A stretch of 64,000 nt of DNA, from positions 4,358,093-4,422,092 of the forward strand of contig CM082587.2 in assembly GCA_040954595.2 (NCBI GenBank), written 5' to 3'. Source of the stretch: Balanoglossus misakiensis (Eukaryota; Animalia; Hemichordata). Shown in pieces: positions 28,001 through 42,204 of the stretch (within the stretch, counting starts at the first letter, position 1; each line of letters begins with the position of its first letter). Both the position numbers and the translations under genes were made by a program. The notes under the pieces were generated by a model. The model saw only the letters and a program-made list of their open reading frames with translations, did no database searches and was not told the origin of the DNA.

Positions 28001-30666
28001 CCGAGGCAATTCGGTGACAGGGCTCGTCTGAGGACCCCGGTCTTCCTCGCACCCAACGACAACGTCTGCGTCGGGTTCTGGTATCACATGTACGGCTCGC
28101 AGATCAACACCTTGTCGGTGAACGCTCTGCTGGGGGTCAACGGCTCGGCCCCGGTAGACGACGCAGCCAGCACCATCGGGCTGTGGACCACTCAGTTCGA
28201 CCAGGGAAACGTCTGGCGGTACCACGAGACCCAGTTCTACGCCGACGAGTACTTCCAGGTCGCGTTCGACGGAGTCGTGGGTGCCGGGTACCGCGGGGAC
28301 ATTGCCATCGACGACGTGACCGTGACTCGCGGGGTTTGCCCGTCTCTGGGTGAGTATAGTGTCACTTTTCATGCGAACGTGAGTGAAATTCAAAAGCGAA
28401 CGATGAAAATATAGCTCAAAGGAAACGTATTACAATTGTAAACAAGGCATATTGAGTTTCTATGGTAACATGGGACTTACAAATGGAGTGAACACGATTG
28501 AAATACATTTGTACGTACAAGTTTAGTTCAATGATGACCGATAAAAACCGGTGTTATTGTACCATGTGTGGGTTTCTGAAAGAGTGAACAGTCCTGCTCC
28601 ATAAAGAATCGAAAATTTTGTGGGTCCCGCACCCTGCGTTACACCATCTAAACGGCATAGCCGTTAATGTGGCAATGTAATATTTCCTTTTTTTTTTCTT
28701 TCGCACAGCGACTCAGAGCCCGCCCACGGCATCAACTACCCCGATCGACGAATGCAACCGACAAATCTACGGCAACTTCACCGAGTTCAACAGTCCTAAC
28801 TATCCCAACTCCTACGACAACAATCTCAGGTGCAATTACACGTTTTACGTGCCCGCGAATAAGTACGCGGCCATTTACTACGACGACTTCGAGGTCGAAC
28901 AGTGTGGTGCCAGTTGCTCGTGTGACGCGCTGGTTGTGGAAGGTGTGCGTTTCTGTGGCAACACTCGACCGGGAGCCAACGGCACAAGTGAGTCTTATCC
29001 AACTTACACAGTCCATTTTGAAACCCCGCAATCCGTGAAAACGGACACACGCCGAAAATTACATTTCCTCTAATTTCTTGTTACCATCTTACAGTGTACT
29101 TCCCCCTGGAACGAGAGATCAACATCCAGTTCGAGACCGACTTCAGCGTTACATATAGAGGATTCCACGCCTACACTGTGATATACGATAAGCAGGGTAA
29201 GCAAGTCTGGCCAGTAAATATGGATTTGTTTTCTCAGTTTGGATTTACCGCATCTTCCCACGCGCATGTGCATCATGTGATCTAACTTCAACAAACTGGG
29301 TTTCTTCTCTTCCAAATACGTCACTTCCGTTCTTTCAGGTTACACACTTCCGTTCGATTGCCACTTCGAACTCGATGACAACTGCGGGTTTCTGCAATAC
29401 CTCCGGGACGAGTTTGATTGGTCGAGGAGACTGGGATCGACACCGAGTTTTGACACTGGCCCCTCGGGCGACCACACCACAGGATCAGGTGGGTGTGCCA
29501 CAGTTTTGAATACCCCTTCTCTCCATCTCTCTCCTCCCCATCTCTGTCATCTGTGCCTAACACGTATTCGCACTTGCTTTGCAGGACACTACTTTTACAT
29601 CGAGTCCTCATCACCCCGCGGCTTCGGTGACCTCGCACGGATATTTTCGCCAGTCTTCTTTCCCGCCGGCGACGTGTGCCTGTCCTTCTGGTACCACATG
29701 TACGGAACAGCCATGGGAACCCTGGAGGTGCTGGTGCTGTACGAGAACTCGACCACATTCAGCGCTCCCGTGTTCCAGGTGACCGGCGACCAGGGCGACG
29801 TGTGGCTCTACCATGAGGTCTCGCTGTACTCAGATGAATTCTTCCGTTTCATTTTCGATGCCTACGTCGGCAGCTCTTTCACAAGTGACATCGCCATTGA
29901 CGACATCACCCTGAGAGATGGCCCATGTAAGCAACTGTTTTGCTGTATATTTTTAGAGTACCATTACAGTACAAGTTATACAGGAATGAAATTGCAATTT
30001 CGCATGCATATATCTATAAGCTGTTTTCACTTTCTTTTCGAAGTGAGTAAATTCGCCCATTTCTACTGATATCTCTATACAGGTACTGTTACCAATCCGA
30101 CCACCTGCGCTCCCAACCAATTCCAGTGCGCTGACGGCTCTTGCATACCGGACTATTGGGAATGTGACGGCATCGTTGATTGCCCGGATAGCGACGACGA
30201 GACGGGTTGCTGTAAGTACGAACACTCTTATGCCGCAGAACAGAAATTATTGGTTCAGCTGGTGATGTATCTTTTCCCACAAATCCTACCTTAATGATGG
30301 ATGTATGTCTGTTTTCCCCCCGAACAGCTTTTGGTACGTGTACTCCGGGTTATTACCAATGTAGCAACGGTTGGTGCATACCGGGTCATTGGGTGTGTGA
30401 CGGAATTCAGGACTGTATTGATAACGGCGACGAAGTCTGTGGTACGTAGATTTACAACAATTCTCTTCCATGACAACGGCGTGACTTTGCATTTTGTATC
30501 GGTATTATTATTGCAATGTAATCATTCAGGATTCACGATGTGGAATTTCAATCGTCAAAAAGATGTGCTTATAGTAGTATATTTAGTTTTGCTTGCGTTT
30601 TCGTAATGGATGCTTTGTTTATATTATTTCTCTTTTTTATTTCCAGGCACAACTCTCAAACCCTAA
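22048..30666 (+). CDS. Secreted CUB/MAM/LDLa multidomain protein, copy 1 (MALRD-like domain mix)
   Basis: Signal peptide [21 protein letters not shown]. Pro-region exons 22588-22618, 23230-23262, ~23476-23596, ~23873-24009 and ~24130-24322, ending RTRR-SANS. Then CUB ([10 protein letters not shown]), MAM ([17 protein letters not shown]), LDLa, CUB, MAM, CUB, MAM, LDLa, LDLa. Last exon 30647-30666 (GTTLKP*), AATAAA at 30915 and 30936. No TM segment. Confidence 0.88.
24632..24705. mobile_element. Short palindromic MITE-like insertion in intron
   Basis: GCCAGAGCC...GGCTCTGGC arms around a central palindrome GCTCCGCGGAGC. It is absent from the much shorter equivalent intron of the paralogue. Confidence 0.4.
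25833..25874. repeat. (TGAA)n microsatellite
   Basis: About 10 tandem TGAA units in an intron. Confidence 0.95.
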
Positions 30667-31680
30667 TTGGTTCCAGAAAAGAGGTGCCTCTTTAAGACCA
30701 TAATCTCATCTAGTTTCCTGAACATATTTAACGATACTTCATTGAGCACTGATTTTTTTTTTAATACGCACATATACAAATAATCATGTGAATAGACAAC
30801 TGTACACTTAGATTCAGTGAGATTCTGCTAAAATAGACAGCAAGCGCCTTAATTTGTTGAGTTATCTGATCTGTTAAAAAGTTGTTAATATTATTAATTA
30901 ATTTAATGGATATGAATAAAGTATTTTGCAGCTCTAATAAAACATTTTCCATTCTCCGTTATTTTTATCTGGTCATATTCCACTTGGTTTTTACTAGTAC
31001 ATAGTGTATGCTAGAAAGAGAGAGAGAGCGACACAAAGAGAGAGTCAGATTTGGTTGGCAGATGTAGTGGTCAAGTAGCTCGCCCTATTATAATTAATGT
31101 GTCGTCGAGTGGGCCTTCGACAAGTTGAGAATGCATGACGTGGTCTCTGACAGTACACGCTGGAGTCATGAGGTGTTTGTCACCACAGTCATGACAGGCG
31201 TTTGTTTGTAAATCTTATCTCGCGATCATTGCAAGCATGAAAGTTTGGTGGTACTTGGTATAGTATGATAAATGGTGATCGATCGCGCTGCAACCGCTGA
31301 CGTCGGTCGGACCAGGTCACGTGGTACAAAGCCACGAATGGCGCGTCCCCCCTCATAATTCACGTTTTTGAAGCCTAAAACATTTTTTTCTGGAATTTTA
31401 GCGAAATAACGTGACTTGTGGTCGGTGAATTAACTGACATCTATCTGCAGCTGCTTACCTATATTGGAGGTATTCATGCGAAAATCGGTCTTGAAGACTT
31501 CAAATTGTTACTTACGCTTATACTGTTTTGATAAGTATGTGAATAAATATATATATTTATTATAATTGGGGAGGGGGTCATTTTGTTTTTGCTTTGGAGT
31601 AAGGGGAAATGCGGTGGTATATAAATCTGATGAAAGAGTGGACACCCCTCTATATTGTCCTCTAGTGGAACGTTCCAAAG

Positions 31681-31687
31681 TATAAAT
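31681..31687 (+). promoter_or_regulatory. TATA box of CUB-MAM-LDLa gene copy 2
   Basis: TATAAAT 96 bp upstream of the ATG at 31777. Confidence 0.55.
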
Positions 31688-31776
31688 CTTCGCATCGCTC
31701 TCCCATCAACCACTCTCCCTGTTCCTTCCCGTGAGTGAAGTTCTTGCCAGCACTCGCTCGACTCAGGAGAAGAAAA

Positions 31777-34700
31777 ATGGTTCTACGGTTTTCCTGTCTG
31801 CTCCTCGTCAGCTTGGCGTTGCTTCAGACATCGTTGGGAAAGAAAAACGGGGTGAATGATTTTCTCAGTTTTTCTTATTGCACTTTTTGAATTTTCGCTC
31901 AAAATCGTCTCATCTCATTTGTTTAAAATTTCAGAAAGACGGCAAACAAAAAGGCTCTTCCGGAGAAGGTAGGTCTTACATCGTGTCTGATAATTGTGTG
32001 TTCATGTCATCAAAGAAAAGTTTTATTTAATGATGTACGATTTGTAGAGTTGAAAGTTTGTCATTTCGTTTAATTTTGGATTATAGGATTTTCCTTATAA
32101 GTATAGTAAAATCCGTGTTAAAATGAGGGAGTCACTATGCCTGCTTTTTAAAATACAAGGCCATAAGTTTGTCGATAATGAAAAAAAAAACTGCTGAGTC
32201 AGTATCTTTTCACCAATGGTTTTTCTATGGAGTTATAACTGCAATGTGATAACCACGACTTCCATAATGCGAATTGCCGCATTAGTGAAACGCCTGGTAA
32301 ACCACGGCCGTCCTCTGCCGAGAATTTCGCCCCTCGAGATAATTAAATAAGATCTGGACAGACTCAGGGAAAGGGTATTGGACAGCAAGATGCCGAGATC
32401 TGCAAACTGTGGTCCTGATACGCGGCGACTATTGCGCAGGGAGAAAGGAGAAAGTCTCCCGTTAAAAAGCGGGCAACATTCCAGCAAATGGTGACGCCTG
32501 CGATCCTTACATCATTCGCCATAATAAGTCTACTACATACTGACAAAAAATGAACCAAGAGGCGTTTTAGGTAATAGCGCTATAAATCACTCAAAACGCA
32601 ACAACATTATTGAAGTACATGTGGAGGTTATCATGACGTGGATTTTGTGATAAGAATATTTATCACGCCCACTTATGTCACGAGTGTCTCCCGAAACACT
32701 TCTGTCATGCAATGCTGTGTCATGTGGGACCTTCAGCTGTCTCGTCGTTGTGGCATGGCTGCTAACAACAACTAAACCCATTTGTTGCTAAGCGACGAGA
32801 CGGAAGACCAGAATCCCTCCCTCGACTTCATCGCGAGAAGTTCCTGATTATGTCACATGCTACGTACTCGTCATTGCTGCGTAAATGATGCTCAAGATTA
32901 TATTAGCGTGTCAACTTTTTATTAGTGGCGCATCTTCGCTAGTCAAGTGTTGTGTGTGTTTTTCGGTCATGTCACGTGGTTTTTTAAGGAGCCTATCGCA
33001 GGCTAACCAAACCGTGCGCATAGGACCATTCCTCTGCTGGTGTCGACATGTTCATGATTGTCAATAGCATTTTTCAAACACGATGTGGAATGGTAAAACC
33101 TTCTTCTTTTCTCTTCGTTACACAGTACCAAGTGTAGATGACGAAATAGCCAAAGCAGGTCAGTAAACACTTATTGTTGTTGTTGTCGTCGTTGTTGTTG
33201 TTGTTGTGCCTGTTGTTGTTGTCATTCTCATGATCTGCTGCTATTCTTTTTGAACTAACAGTCCAAGATGGCGTCTCCATCAACTTGATAGTGAGGCATT
33301 TCACCGGCATCGCGATGGATTCTGACGGAGTATTGCTCTCTGAATCGGCCTTAGAAACCAAGATTCAAGAACTGATAAATGGTAAGTACCTGTACGTTTA
33401 ATCATTAGTTGTCCTTTTCTGTCACGTGTCGCTGCGGGCGCTTTGTGCACGTTGAAGCGCAAAGATGACAATGCTCTTACCAGATTTTCATTCGTCCAGA
33501 TGGGTCAAAGGAAATTGGTCCGATTGACAAAAGTAAGGTTTACAGATTGCCACAGTACATGGACGACAAACACGATGCTGCAGTGGAGGAAAGGAACAAC
33601 CCCGGGGATCCGAACGATATGGAAATTCCAGAAGGTAAGTCTTACACACTACTTGCATGGATAGATGATATGTTTGTGTAATGTGCTGTACAGTTCAAAC
33701 TGATGTGGTTTACAACATGGCAATCATGCATACAATTAAAGCCACGCAGAGAGAAGGGGGGACATACAGACAGACAGACACATAGAACCAAAATAACGTT
33801 TAAATACTTACACATTTTTTCAGGAGCACCTGGTAACAGAAACGGGGAAGCCGTGGACGACTTGACAGCCGATCTGCAGAAGGATTCCAGCCCGAATCCT
33901 CATGTGGACATCCGTGGAGATTACAGCTATGTACCACGAGGTATATTCGATACCCACGTGGCCGCCATGCAGAAAGCACAGGCATCGAGTAGGCGTCGTC
34001 GAAGTGACAATTCCGGTGAGTAGCGAATGTCAGGAAATTCAGCATTATGTTCTCTTTTATTCATTAACTTCAAAAACAAACCCTCCTCCATGTAAACCGA
34101 ATTCACACTTCCTTTTTGGTGAACAGCGAACGATAATTCTGCCGCCAAACCAGCCAATGGTGTCGACGCCACCTGTGACCAGTACATCGACGCAGACTAC
34201 GCGGAGATAACCAGCCCGAACTACCCGAACGCCTACGAACCGAACACCGACTGCTCGTACTACATCACCGTTCCCGCGAACAAAACGTTGACGCTTGAAT
34301 TCGTCGCCTTCAACATCGAATTTTGTCCCGATTGCAGCTGCGATGCGCTGTACGTGAAGGGCGCCCCGCACTGCGGCACGAAAGCTCCAGGCCAAAGTGG
34401 CATCGGTAAGCTAGAAAGTTGTCTTTATTTTGCAGAATGTCTCCATGGCATTGCTTCTTTCTGAGGGGTGGGGGATAACCCAGTTCCCATTCTTAAAATC
34501 TACCATATTGGTTTCCTTGTTTTCTTCGGAGTAAACGAATTTTCGGTGTTTACGAATGCAATGACAGCCTCCCTCCTCCTTCGAGCTGAACACATCCACC
34601 TGTAGTTCACATGTAACGTGTCCTTTTGCTGTCGTTCATTGCAGTCACATACTTCACCGACGGCATCCATCAGGTGAGATTCGTAACCGATGGCAACACA

Positions 34701-37700
34701 GAACTCACCGGCTTCAGCCTCATAGCGCGGAGACAGCCGGCAGAAGGTAGGTTTGCCTCCGTCTGGTCCAATCCAGAAATAATGGCTAACTGCACTGCAT
34801 ACACTGGCTTATGCAATACGCGTTGTGATGTGATGTACTCACGCTCCCGTCGTGGTCGCCACCATTCAGTGTGGGGAATATTTTCTCACGATATGGCCGC
34901 CGCTCATTCCCAGGGACACTGAAGAAACTCACCGCTGCTCTCGTTCAAAGAATAACACAGGTTATTGCGTTAAAACTCGCAATTTAACAGACAACGCATC
35001 GATAAATTTCATTTGGCATGGCTTCCATGATGAACAACAAAGCAAAGCATGATGGGAAATCGAGAATGTTCTCAACTCAGAGTTCGCACGGAATCACGGG
35101 AATCAATGTCCGGAAAAGTCAGTAATGTCCCTACGTAAAAACTAAGTTTTCTGAACAAAAAAACACACATGAAAACAACAATAAACGTCCAGTGTAGTTC
35201 AAAAAACAAGACGGCAAAGGTCATCACTGAGCTAATAATAGTCGTGCCGTCATCGAAATCCGCATGTTTTCCCCACACACCCCCCCGGAATGTACTGTAA
35301 GGCGCAGTATGTGAAATCCTGACATTTCTTTCTTTTCCTGGCATATAAACGAATGCATTCTCATATTTATTATTGACGTAAAGTGGAAATTATTATATAT
35401 TGCTCAAGTTATTACTATTCATTTTGTTTAAACTCTGACGCACAGTCGTACCGCAGCCCCATCTCTGCACTTTCGACACCGATATGTGCGGTTATTTGAA
35501 TGACCAAAACGACCAGTTGGACTGGGCAAGACTAAGCGGACAGACGCCGAGCACCGGGACCGGACCGGACGGCGATCACACGACCGGCACTGGTACGTAC
35601 ACAATGAATCCAATCTGATTAAAATCAGATGTAGGGAACGGCGACTTGTTTTTTTTAAAAAAAATTGACAGATTGACAATGAATCCAACTCCGCCATGTT
35701 TTGAATCGAAAACGACATAGCAAATATAATTATGTGCTCTCTCATACCTGTCAGGCTTCTACATCTACACCGAATCATCGGGCTTCAATGCAGGGGACAT
35801 GGCGAGAATTTCGACGCCGATCTACAGCTCCGCCGGCGGACAGGGCTGTGCCCGATTCTGGTATCACATGTACGGCGCCGACATGGGGGCGCTCAACGTG
35901 TACGTCAACGTCGACGCGCGCCCCACCAGTCCCATCTTCAACGTGAGCGGCAACTTCGGCAACCAGTGGCTGTCCGCCGAGGTGGACTATGCGGCCACCG
36001 GTAGACACTCACTGATGTTCGAGAGCGTTCGCGGGGCCGGTTTCGAGGCGGACCTGGCCATTGATGACGTCGAAGTCTCAGATCAGCCTTGCAATCCCCC
36101 ACCGCCAAGTAAGTATGGACAGGGACTGTTATCCAATAAAGTGCATTGAGTTCGGTATGTGAAATTGCCCTCAGTTTTCTGGATGAATTGTGCTCGTGTA
36201 CCCCATTGAGCAAATAAAGTTCTTCATGGTTTAAAATCTCCCTTAATTTTAGCAACACCGGCGCCGACCACAGTCGGTCAGTTAACGACCAGAGTACCAT
36301 GCGATCCTGCCACACAATTTGAATGCAACGATGGGGCCTGTATTCCGAAGGACTGGGTTTGTGATGACATCGTCGACTGCAGTGCGGGCGAGGACGAAAA
36401 CAACTGCCCTACTGCCTCTCCTACGCGTAATTATATCTCTTATTTTTTAATTAAAATATTTTTTCGTAACTCGGTGGCTGAACACGACCACAGGCGATGA
36501 CGTAAGCATGCATGTGTACGTAGGCGCGACGTTATTCGGACCACTGTGGGCGATCTGCCTTGATGACATTTTTCTATGAAGCAACCATGGTAACTTCCAT
36601 ACGATTTCCCTCTTTGAGAGAAAAAGAGGGTATTTGTACATTTTTACAATGAAGTGAAGTCACTTTTGTCCTGATTTACTTTTTCCAGAGGCGCCACCAG
36701 TGACTATTGAGTGTAATGGAAATTTGACGGACGACTTCGGTTACATCCAGAGTCCAAACTGGCCCAACAACTATCCCAACAACGCCGACTGCACCTACGT
36801 CATCCATATCCCGGATGGTCACCACGCGCACGTGTTATTCCAAGAAGTTGACATCGAAACCTGTGGGGTGGGGCAGTGTGTCTGTGACGCCCTGATCATG
36901 AACGGTAATAGATTCTGCGGCGTCACCTTCTTCACGTCAGGTGAGTATATAGCATGTCATTGCGCACGTAAACGTGTAATGGATTTGGAATGTGAGGAAA
37001 AGTCAACATTCTCAGAGTTACAGTGTACCGACCTTTCTTGCATAGAACACAATGCCCTTTGTGATTTTAAAAGCTTTGAATACAAAGCGACATATTAATT
37101 AATTTTGTGTGCTTATTACTATTTTGACTTTGTAGGCTATCTCTTACCAAACAACGACGGACAAAGCATAATTCGCTTTGTATCTGACTATTCGGTCACA
37201 CATAAGGGCTTCCTAGCTGCAGTGACCATTTATCCGGGTATACCGGGTAAGAAATGGGTTGTTATTTTCTTCAATTCGCGAGAAAAATCTTAAACAGCAC
37301 AAAAATGACAATTTTTTTAAACTCTGCACATACTCAAATTAAACTTCATAGAAAGCTTGACTTGTATTACTTCGGTAGCAACCTGTTGCTGCGGTAATTT
37401 CCCCAGTCTCGCGAGACCTCGTCTTGAATGCAGCAGTTGGATGATCAAATACTAAGTTTCTTTTCTTGCAGCTGTCGATCTGCCGAATACTTGCACCTTT
37501 GAGGCACTGAACACATGCGGCTACTCGCAGAGCGAGAATGACGTCTTTGATTGGATGAAGGGCTCCAGTAGAACACCAAGCGCCAACACGGGACCGGATT
37601 ATGACCACACATACGGCGATTTAAGTACGTATTTCTTGGTTAATATGTCTGCGCGTTGTTTTGAGTGAAGTGTTGTGTGAAGTTGACGGGAACAATGGGA

Positions 37701-40700
37701 AAGTGGGCGGGAAGAGGGGGGGGGGGCGATGGGTGCACGTGTAATCGCCGCGTAGTAGGGTAGACGACTGTATGACACGCGGATTACTACAGTGATCGTG
37801 TAGGTAAAGGAGGAAAGCAGTGGACAACACCTAAGTTAGAATATTGTTATTTTCCTGATATTTATATATCAATGAATGTTGAGGTCTTCATTTGTGTTTA
37901 TTTTTTGCCAGCCGGGAATTACATGTTCATTGAGACTTCCTTCCCAAGGGTGTTCGGTGACAGAGCTCGCATCCAGACCCCGGTCTTCATTGCGCCACAC
38001 GGCATGGTCTGCGCAGGGTTCTGGTACCACATGTACGGCGCCCACGTCAACACGCTGGCGGTGAGCCACGTGAAGGTGAGCGGCTCAACGCCGAACGACA
38101 CAAGCAGCACGCAGATCTGGGTCTCGCAGTTCAACCAGGGGAACGTGTGGCAGTACGCAGAGGTGGAATTCTACGCTGACACTTATTTCCAGGTGGCGTT
38201 CGACGGAATCTGCGGTGGTGGTTACCAAGGAGACCTGGCCATCGACGACGTGACCATTAGCAACGGGAATTGCCAAACTTTGGGTGGGTATACAAAAATA
38301 GTCTAAATTTACAGACCTCATTCGCTTCGCCATACGAAGCGAGATTCGCGAAGCGAGACTATATAGTTACATTTAGGTGAGTTGGGACTTGTATCTGTTC
38401 CTTACGCCAACTTTATGGGCGTACTTCTAAAACTCTGTTTCGTCTGTGTCAGAGTCGATTGAGCTATGCGCACAGAGCATAAAATTGACTAGTCTAGTAT
38501 CCAGACTAGCGAGTTTTTTTTCGCTAGGCCCTACATGTTTTACTAGCGAAAAACACGCGAGTTTGTATTCTAGGCTACAATTCTCTCTTTTTTTAAAACA
38601 TTAACACAGGAACTGGAGTCCCCGTAACTGTTACACCCCAACCGATCGACGAATGCAACCGTCAAATCTACGACAACTACACCCAGTTCAACAGTCCGAA
38701 CTATCCAAACCCCTACGACAACGACCTCAGGTGCAATTACACGTTTTACGTGCCCGCGAATAAGTACGCGGCCATTTACTATGACGACTTCGAGGTCGAA
38801 CAGTGTGGTGCCAGTTGCTCGTGTGACGCGCTGGTTGTGGAGGGTACGCGTTTCTGTGGCAACACTCGACCAGGAGCCAATGGAACCAGTAAGTGAAATA
38901 TGTGTTATTTTTTTTAAATCCGTACACATTCGTGGAACAAGGTTGTCAGACCAGAAGGCCAAATCACGATCCCATGCATGGTGTGCAGTGGAACATCTAA
39001 CGATTACGGAGTTTTCCTAAATTCTCTCTTCAGTGTACTTCCCCCTGGATCGTGTGATCAACATTCAATTTGAGACCGATTACAGCGTCACATACAGAGG
39101 CTTCCACGCTTACGCGGTCATCTATGATAAGATAGGTAAGCAAATATATGCACGAGAATGTAGATTCACGATTAGCCGTCATAATGAGGCACTTTCTCTA
39201 AATGGAGTGACGGCAAAATACTGTCAAATCCGATCGTGTGCGTGATGTACTTGTACCATATGTACGCTGCAGCTAGACTCTTACACCACAATTAAACACG
39301 CCCCCACGGACTTCTTTCTTGCAGGCTATACCCTGCCATTCGATTGCTACTTCGAGGTAGGCGATCACTGCGGGTTTATACAGTATTTGCGTGACGACTT
39401 TGATTGGTCGCGGGGGACCGGATCAACACCAAGCTCGGGAACTGGGCCATCGTTCGACCATACAACCGGGTCAGGTGGGTATAACATGCCTGCATGAGCG
39501 ATACGCGTTAATTACACGGGGTGAATAATTGTCTGTCTGTCTGTCTGTATGTATGTATGTATGTATGTCTGTATGTATGTATGTATGTATGTATGTATGT
39601 ATGTATGTATGTATGTATGTATGTATGTATGTATGTATGTATGTATACCTGCCTATCTATGTAACACAAGCCCGCTGCATGTCATTTTCAGGACACTACT
39701 TTTACATCGAGTCCTCTTCGCCCCGCACGCTTGGCGACCACGCACGGCTCTTCTCGCCTGTGTTCTACCCTCCCGGCGAAGTATGCCTCTCCTTCTGGTA
39801 CCACATGTACGGAACAGCCATGGGGACCCTGGAAGTGATACTGCTGTACGAGAACTCGACCACCTTCAGCGCCCCAATCTTCCAGATGACCGGGAACCAA
39901 GGCGACGTGTGGATGAACGCAGAGTTCACGCTGTACTCGGACGAATTCTTCCGTTTCATTTTCGATGCGTACGTCGGCAGCAGTTTCACCAGTGACATGG
40001 CGATAGATGACATTACTCTGAAAGACGGCCCTTGTAAGTATCATACATTCTACTGATTCTATCCCACGGAGAAACAACATTTCTTTGACGTCATAGTTTA
40101 TGCCCAAGGTATAGGGTAGTATGAGGCCCATTTGTTATGTTTTTATAAATGATTACAAGATGAGTTGCCCCTTCATTTGCGATGGAATGTTCTTTAGGGC
40201 GAAAAACGCAGTCATTCCAACAGAAAACAAAAATCAATTTGTAATGTCACGGCAGCCCCACTAATACTGAGTCTAAACTAGTCCATAATCTTGAACATGC
40301 GCTTGAGACAAAGTCACGACTTCCATTGATGTACAGTATATGTGCATGATGCTTTTCTTGTGTGTAGGCGTCAACCCGACCATCCCGACCACCTGCTCCC
40401 CTAACCAGTTCCGGTGCGCTGATGGATCTTGCATACCGGACTATTGGGAATGTGACGGCATCATTGATTGCCCGGATAGCGACGACGAGACAAACTGCAG
40501 TGAGTATACACGCCCCCTCCGGTCCCCGATTGGGGTTGGGCCATAAGTGGTTTGATACCCGAGAGTACATTGTAGTTTTCCGCCGTCGCAATTCACAACT
40601 TTGATATTGCTGAAACCGGAAACACGTGTCCCGCTGTCCCTTTCCGGTTGGTAGACTGTACTGCAAGATTTCGAAAGTGTGTGTGTGCGTGGAGGGGGGG

Positions 40701-41425
40701 GGGGGTTCGCAGAACAATTGTCAAAATAGTCCTTTGCAGACTGGCGAGCAATTTAACGTGTGCCGCCCACTGAAAATCTGCCATTGGCTAGTTTTTCAAC
40801 ATGACGTGGTAACTGTGGCTACATTTGCATAGGCGGCTGTATACCTTGAAGCCTCCCAGGTATAATAGAAGAACCACCGTTAAATTTTACGCGTAAAATG
40901 TCGTTTTCCTTACACTAGGCTTTGCCACCTGTACCCCGGGTTATTTCCAATGCGGCAATGGCTGGTGCATTCCTAATAACTGGATTTGTGACGGCATTCA
41001 GGACTGTATCGGAAACGAAGATGAAGCCTGCTGTAAGTCTACACCGCAGAAAAAAAGAAGTTCGTCTCTGTGTGCATGCGCAGGCCCTGTCACAACCCTG
41101 TGGTAGTAAAAAGTCCATGTCCCAACAACGGCGCATGCCCGTAACAATAATGGCAGCTGTATGTACGGGCCTGCGTCCATTGCTGCGGCGGGGCCTTGGC
41201 TCTATAGACCAGTGTTGTGACAGGTTTCTGCATATGTTCGTGCATCTGTTTGTACAAAATGTGCACATCTATTTTAATCAATAATGCGACAGGTCCCGGT
41301 AACAAATTATCAATCTTTAATTTTTTTAATGCTGCCAAATCACATTATTTCGTTGCGAACTTTCTTTTTTACAAGTTTTAACATTATTCCCACTCTCATT
41401 TTCAGCTACGACTGCCAAGCCCTAA
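31777..41425 (+). CDS. Secreted CUB/MAM/LDLa multidomain protein, copy 2 (tandem paralogue)
   Basis: Signal peptide [21 protein letters not shown] (exon 31777-31851). Exon-for-exon colinear with copy 1: [33 protein letters not shown]..., [14 protein letters not shown]...RRRR-SDNS, and the same CUB/MAM/LDLa order. Last exon 41406-41425 (STTAKP*). Confidence 0.88.
33174..33222. repeat. (TTG/TCG)n microsatellite
   Basis: Imperfect trinucleotide tract in an intron. Confidence 0.85.
38490..38577. mobile_element. Short palindromic MITE-like element
   Basis: Imperfect terminal inverted repeats TAGTCTAGTATCCAGACT...AGTTTGTATTCTAGGCTA, with inner TTTTCGCTAG/CTAGCGAAAA arms. Confidence 0.5.
39529..39645. 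repeat. (TGTC)n-(TATG)n compound microsatellite
   Basis: Long TATG array in the intron before the MAM3 exon. It explains the MYVC-repeat ORFs. Confidence 0.97.
40757..40850 (+). mobile_element. Truncated, diverged copy of the Kolobok-like MITE at 42020-42204
   Basis: CGTGTGCCGCCCACTGAAAATCTGCCATTGGCTAG...ATTTGCATAGGCGGCTGTATACCTT aligns with ~42116-42205. Confidence 0.65.
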
Positions 41426-42019
41426 TTTGGCTGAAGTGGAGAAGATTGTATTTACCCGGGCCGACTTAAATACACATATTCAAAAGACGTATATTTGTCA
41501 TGAAAATATATCTGGCGAAAACTAATCTATCTTCTTGACACCAGATAATTTGTTGCATTTCTAAATCTCACCAAGATTTAAATGTTGTAGATAGTCAGTC
41601 GCATCCACAGACGGACACACTGTTTTATTTGACATAGAAATATAATTAAATATAATACAGAGAAAGTCGAAATATCATAATAGTCACAGGCAGATGAAAA
41701 CATATGACATTTGTGCTGAAAGTATGTAGATATCCAGTAGTCAGAATGAGATCTAGAACAGAGAATCAGGAAAAACATGGGGGAATTCGAAGCTTGTGAA
41801 ATATATATGGAAAGTAATCAATCATTTAAAAATGAGGACCTTTACAATAACAAAATAAATATTAAGGTACACTAAGCTCTTGTGAAATAATAAAAAAAAA
41901 CAATGTTGAATAAAAAATAGTGACTCTTACTTTGCGCATGATAACTGAAGTATAAGTCACCACCCCTCTTTTTACTGATAAAGAATACATTTCGTTTATT
42001 TATCCACGACCCAGCTTAA

Positions 42020-42204
42020 AGGTACACAGTCACCTCGAATTTACATTTGCCCATAAAAGGCTAAAATGGTGTGTCTGAGTGTTCTAAAGAACATATAGTG
42101 GCGTTCTTTTTTTCGCGTGTGCCACCCACAGAAAATCTGTGATTGGCTAGGTTTCAATTTGCTATGGTAACTGTAGTTAAATTTGCATAGGTGACTGTAT
42201 ACCT
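42020..42204. mobile_element. Kolobok-like MITE
   Basis: TTAA flanks both sides (42016-42019, 42205-42208). TIRs are AGGTACACAGTCACCT...AGGTGACTGTATACCT. RR...YY termini with a TTAA TSD are typical of Kolobok. Confidence 0.7.

Noticed and set aside
38318-38450. Possible Helentron-type end fragment (TCGCTTCG...CGAAGCGAG)
   Set aside because: Only one end is visible and no matching subTIR or terminal hairpin was found.
39529-39995. MYVC-repeat proteins in the ORF track
   Set aside because: Translation of the (TATG)n intronic microsatellite.
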